A DNA stretch of 64,000 bases from Phoronis australis (GCA_002633005.1 NMRA01000091.1:603267-667266); one strand, 5' to 3'; shown: positions 24,807 through 39,900, numbered from the stretch's first letter. Program-made: numbers and translations. The notes: a model not told the origin generated them from the letters alone.

Positions 24807-27520
24807 AAATCATCTCTTGTGTCTTCTCCAGTTGTTACATATCTTCCCATGGAAAGGTCGCGGCAAAGTCGCACCAAACTTAAAAGTGGAAAGAAAGTGT
24901 TTTTGAAGTTATGTTAAGTAAAAAATAGAGATACCTCTTGTTATCGTATAGAGACAGTTTTTTGTGCTCTTTGCTGTTACCCAGGTGAGTTTGTAGTATC
25001 TATAGAACACTAGAAAAGGATGTTGATGGCACGGCAACTGGCCCGTACCTTGGTTTTGAGGCAACACAATGTCGTATTTCCTGCCAAACACAGTCTGTGT
25101 GGGTCATTTGTGTTTTCATCACTTTCTAATGTTTCATCATTAGTAAATATTCACCTAGGGAACAGTAGCTGTCGAGGAAAGTTGTCTCTTCAAGATAATT
25201 AAGGAGTTGTTGCATTTTTACTAAAAGGTAACACCAGGAACGGTTGCTATCCACTTTCAGAATAGAATTATGGCACGCACAGAAATATGTGCAAAGTTGT
25301 AACTTTGTTTAAGGTTGGAATTCTATTTGCAAAAGGCACGAGCATGCTTTGATATTAGCACTGTATCCCATCAAAACTGCATTGAACAGTTTTAACATGT
25401 GGGACATGGGTATTAAGCATCTATTTCTGCTGAGACTCGATATTTTGTTTGTCAAAATTTGCTGGTAAGGTTAAGAAAGCCTCGAGGTACTATTAGATGG
25501 TAATTGCTCACTGAACGCCAGGTGAAACAAAAGCATCTGTGGTGTAGTCACCGTGGCTGAAAGTGTACCTGTCACGTGACTCATTCCCCATACAATCAAA
25601 CCGTGTCAAAATTTGCCTAGCTCATGTTAACTCATTTGTAATGATCCATTCCACAAGAACTGGGCCAACTGTACTGTTTGCAAGTTGGTTTTGTTTTAGT
25701 GAACCACTTTTATGATGAACATTTTAGAAATTAAAGTCCCTATAGGTTTATTGTAAGGCAGTCCTTCTGCATGTAGTCTGTTGTAGATTTTTGTCCAGCT
25801 AGTCTTCTTTGTTACTGCATACCAGTTGTAAATTTCAGACGAATTTTCTTGTGGTAGGATTTCACTTAACTAGAATGTGAATTTGCAATGCCAAGTTATG
25901 TATTGTATGCCTATATTGACTTGGTATATGGTCATTTGTATCAAAAATGGGTCTCGCACAATAATCTCTGTGTGTCCATATAAATTCAGATGTGGATTGC
26001 ACTAGCCAACATTCAGGTTGTATTTTGTGGAACCGTGAATGAATCTGGAAAGGGGATCTAAGGAGAACACCTCTCCTTCTGCTGAGCTACTTTTGAGTGC
26101 TTTAATGGAAAATATCAAGTGCCCACTACGTCACTCCATTGTGAGGCCATGATCTTGGATTCTGGATCTTTGCCTCGTGTGGAATTGTTGTTTAATTTAC
26201 ATGCGTAGCAAATCATTAGCTCCCAGAATTATGTTGAATCGTGTGTACTTTACATGTTTTCCCCACAGTAGGTTTTTGTGGTCTTCGGTACTTTGTGTGA
26301 AATGACTGAACAGCTGACCTGTGTAGCGCTCGTAGTCTTTTGTGCTGATGGCCGTCTGTGTGTCTGGCTGGCTGGGTGTATATTCTCATGCAGGTTGCAA
26401 TTCTAATCAAGATTGAAATATTGATACAAGTTTAATAATGTATATTTAAATATGAATAAATTCACTGAAGCGACAGTTACTGGAAAATTACGAGAGTGCT
26501 GTGACACTTGTCTCGCTTAACTTTATGGTTACTCCATGCAATGAAATGATTGAGCTTGTTTAAGTCCAGTGCTGTTACTTGAGTGTAGGTTCACTGTTGG
26601 CAAGAGCATTACATTGACTGCCACCTTTAGGACTTCTAAGAGCTGTAATGTGTGTTTGGAACTCCAGGAATACCTTTTTATTTGCATGAAAATGATTCGA
26701 GTTTGTTCTGTTGTCGGTATACAGGTATTTGTTGGTTTTTGCAATTAAGGCACTCTGCCACTGTTTAGCTGTCAAATGTTGAAATCTTAAAGCAAGCGGT
26801 ATGTTTAAAAACATCAGCAAGCTCATCTGATCTTGGATGGTTGCCGAATGAGCTTCCATTGTGTACACGTGCCATATTCCTATCGGCAAGTTTAGGGTAG
26901 ACCTAGGGTCTAATAAACTTTGAATTGTTTTCTTGAGTCGCTGATGGAAGTTATGGGTGTTTCGGTGTTTTTGCAACTTTAACAAAAATTGAAGCACTGG
27001 ATGAAACATTAAGTTGTAATTCTCTTACTGTGAATTCCTGTCACTTTCATTTGGTGAAGATTTTGAAACTTAAAGAGTAGCGGTCTGTGTCCTGTTGTAA
27101 TTCTCATTGCCAATGGAGTAGACAGACTTTCACCTTGCTCTAGATTTCTAGACTGTAGTGCTGTACTGGGTAGATCCATGCACTGTCATTAGACCAAACA
27201 ATGATTTGACTTGATTCGGACTGTTAAGTCCAATGACCAGGCAACGATTACATAAAAGGTTGGGGATTTTGATTTGTCGCTCTGTGTTATGTGCCTGTCC
27301 TGTAATTCTGCTGATTGGCCCAGGCAGTTACTGTAGGTGTTCTTCATCCTGAGACCGTCGTGATTTTGTATGTTCACTCCAGTTCAGTTGGGTTGTGCAG
27401 TATATTGTCACTTAATAGTCGATGTGTGCCAGAGTAAACGTCACAAGTCACACCGGAAAGTTTTCGTAGTATAGGAAAATTATTTTGTTTTCAAATGGAC
27501 GTATGTTGATTATGAGACCA

Positions 27521-27590
27521 AATAAAACTATTTCTTTTACAGTGGCCTTTCATTTTACTTTACCCTGACGTGTGTTGTGTTTGTTTGTCA
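27521..27590 (+). terminator. Candidate distal polyadenylation signal of PSME3 (proximal alternative AATAAA at 26455-26460)
   Basis: AATAAA at 27521-27526 followed by GT-rich GTGTGTTGTGTTTGTTTGTC about 45 nt downstream. Confidence 0.5.
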
Positions 27591-30210
27591 TGGTCTTCTA
27601 CATCATATTCAATAGTGCCCCACTTTTTTCCGTGCCACGCCGCACTTGGTCTATAGGCGGTGCACCACTGGGGGGCTGAGGGGGCTTTAGCCCCCACTTT
27701 TTTCAGTGCTGCGCCGCCCATGCCCTGACTGAACACTGATCAGGATCGAGTTCAATATATGGCACTAGTGCCTCGCTAAAAAAACAAAATCTCGCATTTA
27801 TATGTCGCTCGTAAATTGCCTTGTGTCTTATCACTGAGAGTACGTGGCCTCACTGCGTAAATTTTCTCGCCGCGAGACAGCTATTGAACTCTATCCAGAT
27901 CTGACTGACTTTACCATTTGACTGTCTCGTATAGTCGAGCTCGGCAGTGTTGTCTGCGTTTGTCATGGAGTTTTTATTCGCAGGCTGGTTTCCATGACGA
28001 AGTTGTGAAAAACATGGAAAAGATACTGAAACCTCGTTCAGAAAACGCGGAGCATATGTTCTAGTCGGACCATGCATTCCAAGAGGAGACCTCTTGCTCC
28101 ACAGATTTCTCTGACTAACTGTAGTGTACATATATAGGCACAGATTATGGTTGGAACAATATTGTTATAGCGTGTGGCATAGTTGTTTGTTCTGGTAATT
28201 CTTTATAATATAACCCGATACTAGTCAAGTTTATAGTATTACTCATTAATTGTCAAATATGATTACGACAGATTATCATCAACTCATCCCCATGATCCGA
28301 ACCACAAATATTATAGGCGGAGTCAAGAAGAAGTAGATAAAAGTTCTTACAGACCGATCTTCCTCAGTAAATTGGTTCGGATTTTTCTCCAGGGACCCCT
28401 CTGTAACAAAGAGTATGGTGTTTTGTAGCTCTCTTTTTCCGTTTTATTTTTACTTGAAATGCATTTGTAACCCGACGAAGAGGTGCGCTGATGATAGCAT
28501 GAATTGCTGCCGATTTCCTGTTTTAAAATTCGTCCTTTCATATTTTGGGATCACAGTCAATTAAAGGGAACTCTTTGATACATGTCAACCCTTTTCCTGT
28601 TTTAGTTCGTATCCTTTCTCGCTCACGGAGAGGGGGTGCTGACCCCGGCAACGGTGGCTCCCTCTTCCTGTTTTTGAGAAATCACACAATATGTAAGGAT
28701 GGTCACTAGCTGTCTCTGTCGTTTTTGTTATGATATATAACTGTCATATTAAGGCGTCCCTTTCACACATGGGTCCCCATTGGAGGGGCGGTCTAAAGTA
28801 GGCCTAGTTGCCTAGCTTTTATTCCCCACCTTTAAATGTGGCACTGTGAATTGTTCAGGGAGGGAAGAAGATAAAATTTCCAAATGGCCGGGAAAACCAA
28901 ATAACATTTTCATGTGAAACACAACAGCGCCAAGACAAGCTGCTCAAACACGGCAACGATGTAAGGTTGTCTTTTAAAAACCCAATAGCAGTGGAAGGAA
29001 GAAATCCAGTTAAAGAACATGGAGAATAGTATTTGTAAATTACACAAAAACAATGTTCCCGGTTTTTTAACGATCGCTGAATATTTTTTTCCCAAAGAAT
29101 TCCTTGACCAGGGATCGGATCTTTTTACTGGAAATTAAACTCGAAATTATTTTGTTCATTTTTTCGTTCTACTTTGGTATGAGCTCATGATAGTAGTCTG
29201 TGCTCGAGCACATTATGGTTTGCGGGGATAACTGTGTAATGGTCTTTAGCACTTAGCGATCCCAGCATTAAACATTCGAGTTCAGAACGATTTCGTAGTC
29301 TTACTTGAAATATCGAGTTGTTTACGCGAGTTTGTAGATCGATTCTAGAGGCCGTCACTAAATGCGAATTACACAGTAGTTCGCGTACTTAAGCACAGAA
29401 TAATAAATAATTTCAATTGGATTAAAGGAGAACGGAAAATGTCAAATATTCAGATGATAACGTTCCACGGCAGTAAATGACACAATTTGGACTCGGAAAT
29501 AAAAATAGACATGCCGTTACACTTGGTCCAAAACGTCACAAACATTCCAATATTTTCGAGTTTGATTTTGAGTAAAAACATTAGATCCTTGGCCATGGAA
29601 TGATTTTTTGGTTTGAAGTTCGTTATCAGGAAAGCATTGCACGCAGTTGATGAAGAGGGGAGTTGCTTGTAGGAGAATTCTACTTGGATCAGAGGGAGGT
29701 ACGAGTTATGATGACCGGGTGCGGTGTACATGTCTGTCAGAAAAGGGTGCCTCTTTCGTTTTTGGAGTGCAAGTTGAACTCATAAACCGTAACTGGCTAC
29801 CTCTGTAATGAACCAGAGAAATAATGTCAACACGATTTAATTCTGAAAATGTCTTGATTTCTTGGAGGAAGGCCCCAAACCCCCGTGACATTGCGTAAAA
29901 TTTTATGCAGTAAATGGTGGATTTAAAAAAAGTGTTGGAACTTATATGCTTTTAAAAATCACAATCCAGGCCAATCAAAGCACGGGCAACCGCGGCCAGC
30001 AGTCGATCAGCTGTCAAACGGCAGAACACCCGCAAATTCTATCTGACGATATGTTAATTAGCTAGTTTAGAGTTACGGGCATTTTTGGTCGATATATACT
30101 ACGTAAAATCGGGACAACTAATCGCAGCACTATTCATCCTCCATTGTGTTTATTTTGAAAAGTCGTCATACTGTACGACCGTGCTGCTTTGTTTTTCCAA
30201 GGTTCATAGT

Positions 30211-30381
30211 CAGTGGCGGATTTAGAGGGGGGGGGGGGGCAAGGGGGCCANCCACGCCCCCCCCCCTAAAATTGTCTCAGATTCCATTTGGGAGTTCGGG
30301 AGTGCGAATTTCTGACAGGCAAAATCATGGCTAATACTCTGCCCTGGTCCCCTCTAACTCAAAATCCTGGATACGCCCCTG
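30211..30381 (+). mobile_element. 171-bp non-autonomous element with 5-bp TSD
   Basis: CAGTGGCGGAT...ATACGCCCCTG, flanked by ATAGT on both sides. Confidence 0.8.
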
Positions 30382-30666
30382 ATAGTATTGTAAGAAACGG
30401 TGAGGCGTTGCATTTGCGGGGGTTGTTATAACTAATTTGATCACACTGTGACTCTTTTTGACTTTCCCGTGGGACATGGAGAAGCGCGGATAATATACCA
30501 GTTTTTATGAGAAACTCGCGTGTTCAGTGGTGGACATGACATACTGGCGCTGAGCCTGGTACGTTCATGTGTCACACCAGGCTCGTTGGAATGCAAAAAT
30601 TATTGGTGGCGGGGCCGGGGCACAANATTTGTACCGAATCTCCCACGTCTTAGGTGGGGGTCGGCA

Positions 30667-30818
30667 CAAAGGCGGACTTAGGGGTGGCCAAGGGGCCATG
30701 GCCCCCTAAAATTCTTCCAGATTCCATTTGGCAGTTCGGGGTGCGAATTTTTGACGGGTAAAACCCTGGCTAATGACTTTACTCTGCCCCTTAACTCAAA
30801 ATCCTGGATCCGCCCCTA
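30667..30818 (+). mobile_element. Second copy of the same short element
   Basis: Shares CAGATTCCATTTGG..GTGCGAATTT..AAAATCCTGGATCCGCCCCT; TSD not clean. Confidence 0.7.
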
Positions 30819-33188
30819 GGACAATCTCGAGGATGAAACCATTAAGAGTTGAGTAACCGTGAACCAACACGGAGAGTAAGAATGGGTATAGGACCAGTAC
30901 ACTGACCGGTAGCGAGGAGCTGCCTCAAGTAGCTATGGCTGAGATCTAACAGCCAGTGTGAAAATATTAAATTCCCGATGAACTAACACTAGTTGCTGGT
31001 CAGCTTAGCAGTGATTCACTTGAGACAGGCAGCTCGTACCAGCCGTCTGCGCTTGCTCTAAGGTCAATATTCGTTTTATTGTGATCCAGTTTCGGGAAAA
31101 GTTTATTTTATTATGGTCATTCATTGAAGTAGTTTTTTGAAAAGGTGGGGTCCCGAAGTCCCTGGTATAGTATTTTTAGTGCTGTTTCAAAATGCGTACA
31201 TGTAGTTGAAACAAGACCGGTAGTCCAGTTTCTGGCGGCTGGATAAAAAATAGTGTGCCCCAAAAATGTACACACTTCCTGAACACCTGGAGTTTAAATT
31301 CAGTTCCCATGGATCACTGAGATTCTGCGCGGGCCTACTGCATGGTTACATTATATTTTTAACGTAGGTACGTCAGTCATAACGTGCACGCGAATCGGGA
31401 CAAGCAATCAATTCAGTTTTGAAGAACAAAAACTCATTGCTTAATACTACTGTATACTAAAAACACCAAAGAAGTGCAAAAACAACCTTTCCAAGCAACG
31501 AGTTTAATTTCATTTATTTAAGGATATTTAGAACGTTTTTTCCATCTACGGTTTGTGAGTCCGAATTTTATCAATGTCTTTGAGAGTTATTTTAGATATG
31601 CAAAAATCGTCTAAGTGTACTTTGGGGATCGGATTATAGGGTTTTTCCAACTTCAGGCTGCAATTAAATTCACGGAGACATCACCAACTCTTACAAAATT
31701 AGCTTCTAATTGTCGAAAATCATCTATGAATCTATCGATTTTAGTAGTCGCATAAACATGTTAATCAGAAGCCAACGAATTTGATTCTCAAAACGAAATA
31801 TAATGAGCAATTTCCGCATGCATGCTTGCACTCTTGACGGGTAGCCGGGGGAATATGGGAAACGGGGCATTTGTATTAAGATGTATTTTTTCTCATTTCA
31901 AAGGTATCTGTAAGGGTTAGGAGGTTAACTTGAACTCCGCTGACAAAAAAATTTGAAATATTTGTTTAAGATTGCGAGAGTTCTTTTTGAGTACCCCCTT
32001 TCGACATGTACACGGTCATCACAAATAGTAGCCAGCAGTGTTTTCCACACGTGGGAATTCCTTACAAACAACTCATAGTAACCATCTTTAAAGAAGATAC
32101 TATTCTTGTGATACTACGGGAAACAGTAGCATTATTTTATAACTAACCATCGGAAATAGTCCTTTTGTGTGATTCACAAATAGTGGTCTTCACGTTCTTC
32201 AGAATTCCACCCTTTTAATGGCGGCAATCCTACTGTATTTTTTCACATTTTTGGTTATTTGGGTCGCCAAAACGCATGTGCTGTGCACGAATTTTTTTTT
32301 TGATGAATTTGGAATCTCAACTTCCATCGTGGATACTTGGCAGTATCTAATTACATGTGTAGAAGGACAAAGGGACATTTCTTCCGAACTGCTCCACATA
32401 GAGAGGGTACCGTCTGAAATGGGACACCTTATAATGAAAGGCTCATTAAGCTTGGAAAAAAGAGTGACGGTGCATGCTTTCCACCGTCGTGTGGTCCCAA
32501 AACGATGCAGGGCGGAGTGACCTCCTTCAACTGAAAGCCGGTTGTACGATTTCACAAAAACTGGAAATAGAGGTAATCGATTTCAACATTGGGCCCTCTC
32601 TCCGTGAGCGGGCCCCTTAAGAATTTGTCAATAAAAACACAAAAAGAGTGGTCCGGACACTTGAATGTCATCAATGGCGTCCTTCAAGAGCGGGGCCCCT
32701 AAAGATGAAGCTTTTATATCCATATTTTCAAATACCAGGAAATGCGCAGCAATTGATGTTACCTGTCAGGACATCAATTTTTCTCAAATGATATACAGTT
32801 TCGAGAAAAAAATAAGGCGAAAGTTGTCTCCGTTATCCCTCATAGCCAGAGAGGGGCATCTGGAAAAATATGGTTTGGCATTCGCAAAACTAATTTAAAA
32901 ATCCAGTAAATTTGAGTACGCTCCGCAAAAGCTTCGCTTTACAATTTTTCTCGATTTTTCGAAATACTTTGAATGATTGATTTCGTGCACAACGGTTTTC
33001 AAGTGGGTTTAGACGCCGGACCCGGTGTGCTGCAAAAGCGGAGACCCTAACGACAATGTCCTGGCCAGCCCTCAACGAAAAGGCGGTAAACCATGCAGCT
33101 GACGTAGAGTTGTTAAATGTTCTCTTAAAATTTCTCTTATCCGTATTTCACAGTCTTTCTTAGTTCGACTGTCCCCGGCCCACGCCTG

Positions 33189-33591
33189 GGCCCGGTCTCT
33201 AGTAATCTTTGTACTCAGTCGAAACGAACTCGCCGGAAACTATTTTTGGCAATTTCTTTGCTCCTTTTGAGCGAACTTAAGATAATTGGTTATCAGACTG
33301 TGCTCGAATACACTATAGTTTATGCATAGGAGTTTCTAGTTCAAGTTTACCCTTGAAGACCCTTATATTCGTGTTACAAACTCGAGTAAAAACTCGAAAT
33401 TTCGTTCAAACTCGAACTTATTGCTTTAATATTGGGTCTGTGAACTAAGGGCAATAAATTATCTACGTAAGTTATTGTGTACCCGAGCATAGAATACTAG
33501 ACACTTGTCTTGAGTTCGCCCAAAAGTAGAGTAGAAAATGCCAAACCTAATTTTGAGTTCCATTTCGAGTAAAAAGATTGGAGACCGGGCC
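33189..33591. mobile_element. 403-bp foldback MITE (PIF/Harbinger-type) upstream of the CIR1 promoter
   Basis: Perfect TIR GGCCCGGTCTC/GAGACCGGGCC extending about 90 bp imperfectly; CTG on both flanks. A related arm lies near 29110-29230. Confidence 0.8.
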
Positions 33592-33817
33592 CTGGTTGCC
33601 ACGATGGCCTGACGCCTGCCGACAGTGAAATTTTTTTGGCCGGGGGGGGTCCGTCCCCGGCTCTCCGCCGCTTCCTACGATCCTGCACACTCTTGTCCGT
33701 GGAGCAAAGATCCTTTCAATTGAAGTCAAATATATTTTTGAAAATTTTGTATTCATATTAGATGAGACTTGTACTCTATCGCTGATGAGCCCGAGCTCCT
33801 CTGTGCATGTCTAGTGT

Positions 33818-33880
33818 TGCAGTGCGCCCTCGTGTGGCAATAGCTACCGCGCATGTCATATGTAAAAAACGGAAGTTTAC
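33818..33880. promoter_or_regulatory. CIR1 promoter: CTCF-like site, CGCGCATG and CGGAAGT (ETS) motifs
   Basis: TGCAGTGCGCCCTCGTGTGGC (reverse complement CCACACGAGGGCGC) about 120 bp upstream of the ATG; ACGGAAGT near 33869. Confidence 0.45.
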
Positions 33881-33953
33881 GACGAAGCAGAAGAGAAACA
33901 TAGAAGACGAGAACTGGACGTTTTCACAATAAGTCTGTTGCTCGACGATCACG

Positions 33954-36900
33954 ATGGGGAAAGGTTATCACAATTACATGACGAAGAAATTCTTCCACCC
34001 TGGAAGTAAAGAAAATCTTAAGAGGGTATGTTAAAATTGTGGAATGCTGTAGTAATACGAAATAGTTATCGCCTAGACTAGAGAGTTGAGTCGCATACTG
34101 AGACAGTAGAGATATTCTTTTACTCTATTTTTAGGCAGTTTACGCACTTACAATACTTAGTACCAGTAGTAGACTTTAGGAGACAGTCGTTGTCTTTAAT
34201 TTATCACGTTACTGTATTATACGCAGGTTCTCATACGGCCTTACCTGAATACATTGTTGGGTAAAAATGGAGTAAATTGGTCCCTCTTCAAAATGTCTAC
34301 CGAGAACAAGTTTTCACTGAATAACGGCAATGTCCGTCATTCATTGAAACTGGGTCCCGGTAGACATTTTGAAGAGGGACCCGTTTACTCCATTTTTATC
34401 CATTGTAGTCTGTAACCTCGTAGGAGGAGCACGCAAAGACATCGTGCTGTGAGCAGGACCAGATGACAGAGAGACACAATTCCTAGTCACGTGATGACTT
34501 CCCGCAACTCCGCAAGATACTTAAATGTCAATACATGCCATCTTACAGTCATACAGAAAACCAATCCGATCCACACAAACAGAGTAAATCTGCAGTAATA
34601 CATATAGTTGCAGTTACCAGTCTCACTATTTAGTTTTCAAGGTACTTGTAATTTTGATACTTAAGCATTAGTTTTTATTTCAGTATTCGGTATAATTAAT
34701 ACCGGAACTGGTAACTGGTGCCCAACCCTGACGAAGTAGCGAACCAAGGCCTCCCATTACTACTGTTCTTGCTCAGTACCTGTCTGTAGTAGTTGCAATA
34801 AACCAAGCAATATCCTGTTCTTCACATCAAGACTGTAAAACATGGTTGAGACGTGTTGTCTTATTACTTACTGCGCTTGCCATCTGTACTATTTCAGAAG
34901 GTGCTATGCCATAGGCCCATGACCATCTGTGTCAAGGTTTTCGGCAAATTACACTCAACCCTAGCTAAACCATCAAATACCTCTCAAGTGGAGGTTCATG
35001 GGATAGAATGAAGACTTCCGTGATACATTACAAGTATCCCATGTGTCTTCACTGAAAAATGTCTCCCCAATGATGAAGTCCACATATGCCTGTGTTTGCC
35101 TTTCTGGAGGGGCTCCTCCATGTTGTTTCCCTTTAGACTGAACTCTGGATGCAATACTTAATAAATTGGCTGCGCTATTGTAGGTGTGGATGGCTCAACA
35201 GAAGCACGAGTTTGAGACAAAGAAACAGGAAGAGCTACAGGCACAATATGAACGTGAGCAGGAGATTATCGGCAACCGTGCCCTGCTGGGCGATGAGAAG
35301 GCCAAGGTTGGCCTCAGCTTCATGTATGATGCACCGCCTGGTGCTAAACAAGGTACTGGCTCTAGGCAATCGCTTTTATCTGTGGTGAAATTCGGTGCGA
35401 GTATCTGGGCACTGGTGCAATTTCGTTCCAGTTGTGCTGTCTTCTAGAGATGTATGAGCAGATATTTGTGTTTTTCATGGAGTTAAATTTTGATTTAGTA
35501 TCATGTTTGGGAAAGCTAGTTAGTTGGCAGGGATGACACTAGGCTGCGGCTTTGTGGCACTGCAGCACAAACTCAGTCTCGTAAGTAATGTGGCATTGCA
35601 CATTTGTCTGGAATCGAGAATTATCAATGCAACGCAACGAAAACAACAGTGGAATATAGATCATCTGACTGATAAAAGTATCATCAACATGTAACTTTCA
35701 AAGTTTGATAAATATGCACATAAATCACAATAGCTAGATATTACTTCATATGCTTGCTGCCACTGACAAATCATTTGAATTACCAACCATGTTTTGTATT
35801 CAAACGTCACCAGGATGTGAATTCTCAAATCCTCCACCAGAATGTCTACCTGGAAATTTGGTAGTAAAATTTTTGAAAGGGACAATATATTGTTAATTTT
35901 GAAATGTTTTTAATTCACAAGTCTGTGTCCTCTGAGTTATGATTTTTTGTCAAAGTTTGACTTGATATTTTATTTGGTAATGGAGCACTGATGTGTGTTG
36001 TTAGTATGTGCTTTAGTCACAAGTTTGGTTTTGGGGAACAGCTGCTCAAGAGGTGTTGGTATTTTTACCAGTAATATCGGCAACTCGTGTTGGCAGGAAG
36101 TTGACGGTAGGAGTTATGTGGGTACTGAGAATGTGTGCATATTTTGACCATTGACAACGACTAATCTTGATTGAATTAGATTGTCAAATCGCTGTGTACT
36201 TTTAACATGCTATGTCATGAAGTGCTGATCTGAAATGGAGCTTGTGTGGCCAACATTACTATCATTACTTTTGGGTTGGGGGAACACATGCTGAATTTTT
36301 TGAAAGAGCCAGTAGATGTAAGTTTTGTTTTTTCGAATGCTGTAATTAAACCAGAATCTTTCATTATTACTGGACTATTACAACTTGCAGTGGATGTTAC
36401 GGGTAGCTACCTTGTATTTATATATGCCGTAAACAGAGTACCATTTGAAATGCTTTACAGGACATTCGGCAACATCGAAGACGACTTTGTGACGTAAAGT
36501 GACAGAAAACAACACTTGCGTGCACCAGAATTGAAAGCAGAGGTCGTCTGCACCATGCATTTTGATGCGAGTAGGACATAGCAACCACCATTGAGAAATA
36601 AAAGATTGAAAACAAACCTCAAATTGAATCGAATAATTACATAGATCAGTAATTTTAAGTCTTTAGCGCAAAGCGTTCTCTGCCAACTGATGATGCTGAA
36701 GTCAAATTCCACCAATTTGTAAATGTGTCCACAAGTTTTCTGTGATGTCACTATATGTTTACGAGATGATTATCATCCCACAATGCGTTTGGCAGAAGAT
36801 AGCAGCGCTGTAGATGAAATCACCAAATTCTTTTGCAGCCTGTTCAAACCTTCTGACTGCTTGACATAAATATTGAATGCTCCAACATCACACTTTGCTG

Positions 36901-39900
36901 TCAGGTAAGTATAACCTTTGGTTGTCAAGTCTAGTAGTCATGAATACTAGTTTGCCATTTGTTGTTGTAGCTCACGAAAAGGAAGAAGATGAACCGGAAT
37001 ACAAGTTTGAATGGCAGAGAAAATACAATGCTCCTAGAGAAGCGTAAGTCAATGGTTTAGGCCCCTGTGTGCAGTGTTTTGATGTCCTGCTTCGTGTATT
37101 CACTTACCCAATGTTGTCAGTGAAGGGCTTCAGGTTGAGCGCATGGCATTTTTGTAATTTTTGACAACCTCAGTTGAGGAATTTATTCAGTTTCTGTTTT
37201 CCACTGTACCAAGTTGTGCATGCATCAGGATTAGCAAACAATTCCCTTCAACACACATGCTTACTGAAAAAGTCTAGCTATCTTAGAAATATTGACATGC
37301 CATTGTCTTACCTCTGGATTATGCCCTACAAATACAAATATTTGATCATGTGTTACATTGTATGTGGGTATTTTAGCATTGCATCTAATCCGAAATGATG
37401 CACTTTATTTTCAAAAAAGTTTATTCAAATATTTTGAATAGAGGCGCATGTCAAAGCTTAATTTCTAGGTGCAAGTGGGTGTCCTTTGCACAGGTGCATA
37501 ATTACCTTGTGGTGGATACAGCCACTGTGACGCACACATTAGCCAGGAGAAAAGTACTTAACCTTGCCCATGTAAAACATGTTTACGCTAGTTGGTTTGA
37601 CAGTGCATCTCGTAGGTTATAACTCAGATAAGGTAACACTGTGTTAGGCTCACTCGTGACATTTTATGTTACGAAGAGGAATAACAATTAACAGTGCAGT
37701 TCGGTGACTTATTGTTGTAAAGTGTCTTTCATGTTCATTAACGCATGTTTTGTTAAACACGACGTTCTATTTGGAGATGGTTATATCTAGCATTTGGTGT
37801 CAGTGTGTACAACAACTGGCCTGAGCTCGTGCCTTAAGAAAAACATGCTGGCCAAAGGATGAACAAAACTAGCGCGTTATTAATTGAAGAAGACCTGAAT
37901 ATAATCATGTTTAGAAAGAAATGTTTGATTGACTTGAGCCATTTACTTAATCTTCCTACTAAAACCCGGTGAAAATGCCTACAGTTTTCAAAGGAAAAAC
38001 AAAGTGCTTAAAATTAGGTTACTTGAACCAAATTTTCTGTCTACGCCGAATATTATGTGAGCCCAGAATATCATTCACAAGGTTCTTCACTATATTACTC
38101 AAGCCAAATAGCACAGAATATTTAAAAAAATAAATGGATGTCCCTATATCTATTGCATCATTTTCAAGCATGATTATTTAAATCAAATGTTTCTCGTATA
38201 AATGCACGCTCCTAATTCATTATAGAAGCACAGCTTCAAATGTAAGTGCATGGGACTAAATATTCGCATATACTCTAGTAAATAAGTATTCGATACTCTG
38301 ATATTTCTTAGAAATTTAGCTGGTCATAGAAGCTTATGCTTTTTGTTTGGGATATATAATTCCTCACATTGTTACCTTATTACCTCTAATGCCGTGTTGT
38401 GCCAGTTGACAGTACCGTGGTATGATGGTGTCTTTTTCTCTCCACAGCTATGCCAAAAACGACGAGACCATTCGCGATCAGCCATTCGGCATTGAAGTTC
38501 GTAACGTGCGCTGCCTCAAATGCCATAAGTGGGGTCATGTGAACACTGACAGAATTTGCCCGCTGTTTGGAAAGTCCATCACTGTTGAACCACCAGAGCG
38601 TATGTGTCGAATGTTTCTTGTCGTCACATTTCATGAATTGGTTTATGTGCAATTTGGTTCGTGGCCTGGAGATTTTACATTACTCCAGAGTATTAACAAA
38701 GCGTTATTGTGAACGAAAATATTGACGTGAAATTTAAAGTTTCTGTCTCCTTAATGAACTTGTTTAATAATAAATTGCAGCTTAGTTTCTCGTTGAAAAT
38801 ATTACAAAATAATGCAAAAATGTCCGTAACACTGTCCATCTTATGTTTCCAGCTGGTATGAATCCATCGCGTCTTATGGACGATATGAGACAAGACGGCT
38901 TGGCTTTCACAAAGAAGGTTCTTAGTAAACAAGTGGACACACACGATGAAAAGAATGTAAGGGTTTATGGTGACATGGGTATTTTTCTTTTTGACATCAT
39001 AATAGTTCAAGGTGGCACTTCTGCCTAAAACACCATTTTTTGGAATTGGAATTGATAGCGCGCTAGTCTGTTTTATGTTGCTTTAGAAGTCTTGTGTAAA
39101 ATATTTGGAAGTTGTGGCAGATTGAAAACCAATGCGATCATTTTAGCTGAGGTGTATTGATTTTTGATGAATTTCCCATGAATTCCGTAATTTTTCGTCA
39201 GTTTTGGATATACTGTTAGGCATTAGGCATATCTTATGCTAACAGGATTTGCACGCAAGTGAACAAGAAATCATGCACTGTTTACCCCAGAGTATCAAGC
39301 AAAGTCCTTGGCACATCAAAGGTTTGATGGCGCCTTTACGGATTGAAGTGAGCTAGTCGCCATTCATGGACTTGGCTGAATGTGCTGGATGAGATAAATT
39401 GCAATCGTAAATCAACACGCCTGTTTAGCGTACTAGTTTCAAAGTAGAAAATGAACAACGAAGTAAGGCAAACTACCAACATGACCTTTTAAAGTTGAAA
39501 AGTAAATAGTGGCCATCTTTGAATTTTTTAAAATCAACGCATAATAAGAGAAATTAGCAAATATGTTTTCCTCAGCATCACGGCTCGGCCAGGGGCATTA
39601 ATTTGTGAATCAATTAGGACGGGCTAGTCACAGTCTGGCTTAGGCTTGCTTAGGTGTTGCGGTTACAAAACTTCAAATGTTGGCGTATTACTTGTCTCAT
39701 AGGTTAACATTTGTTTTGGAAAATTTCTCAGATTCCTGTTGATGTTGCTTAGAGTGGTTTTAGAAGATTGCACGCAGTTTTGCACGAGCCTTACTGTAGT
39801 GTTGAATATCTGATGTAACTTTTGACCAGACATTAATCCATGGAGTAATGCACAATCGTTGACATAATCAACAGTAAAACACATAAATTCAACATCAATA

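Noticed and set aside
35070-35141. C/D-box snoRNA candidate in CIR1 intron 1
   Set aside because: No terminal stem, only about 40 nt from the 3' splice site, and no convincing target.
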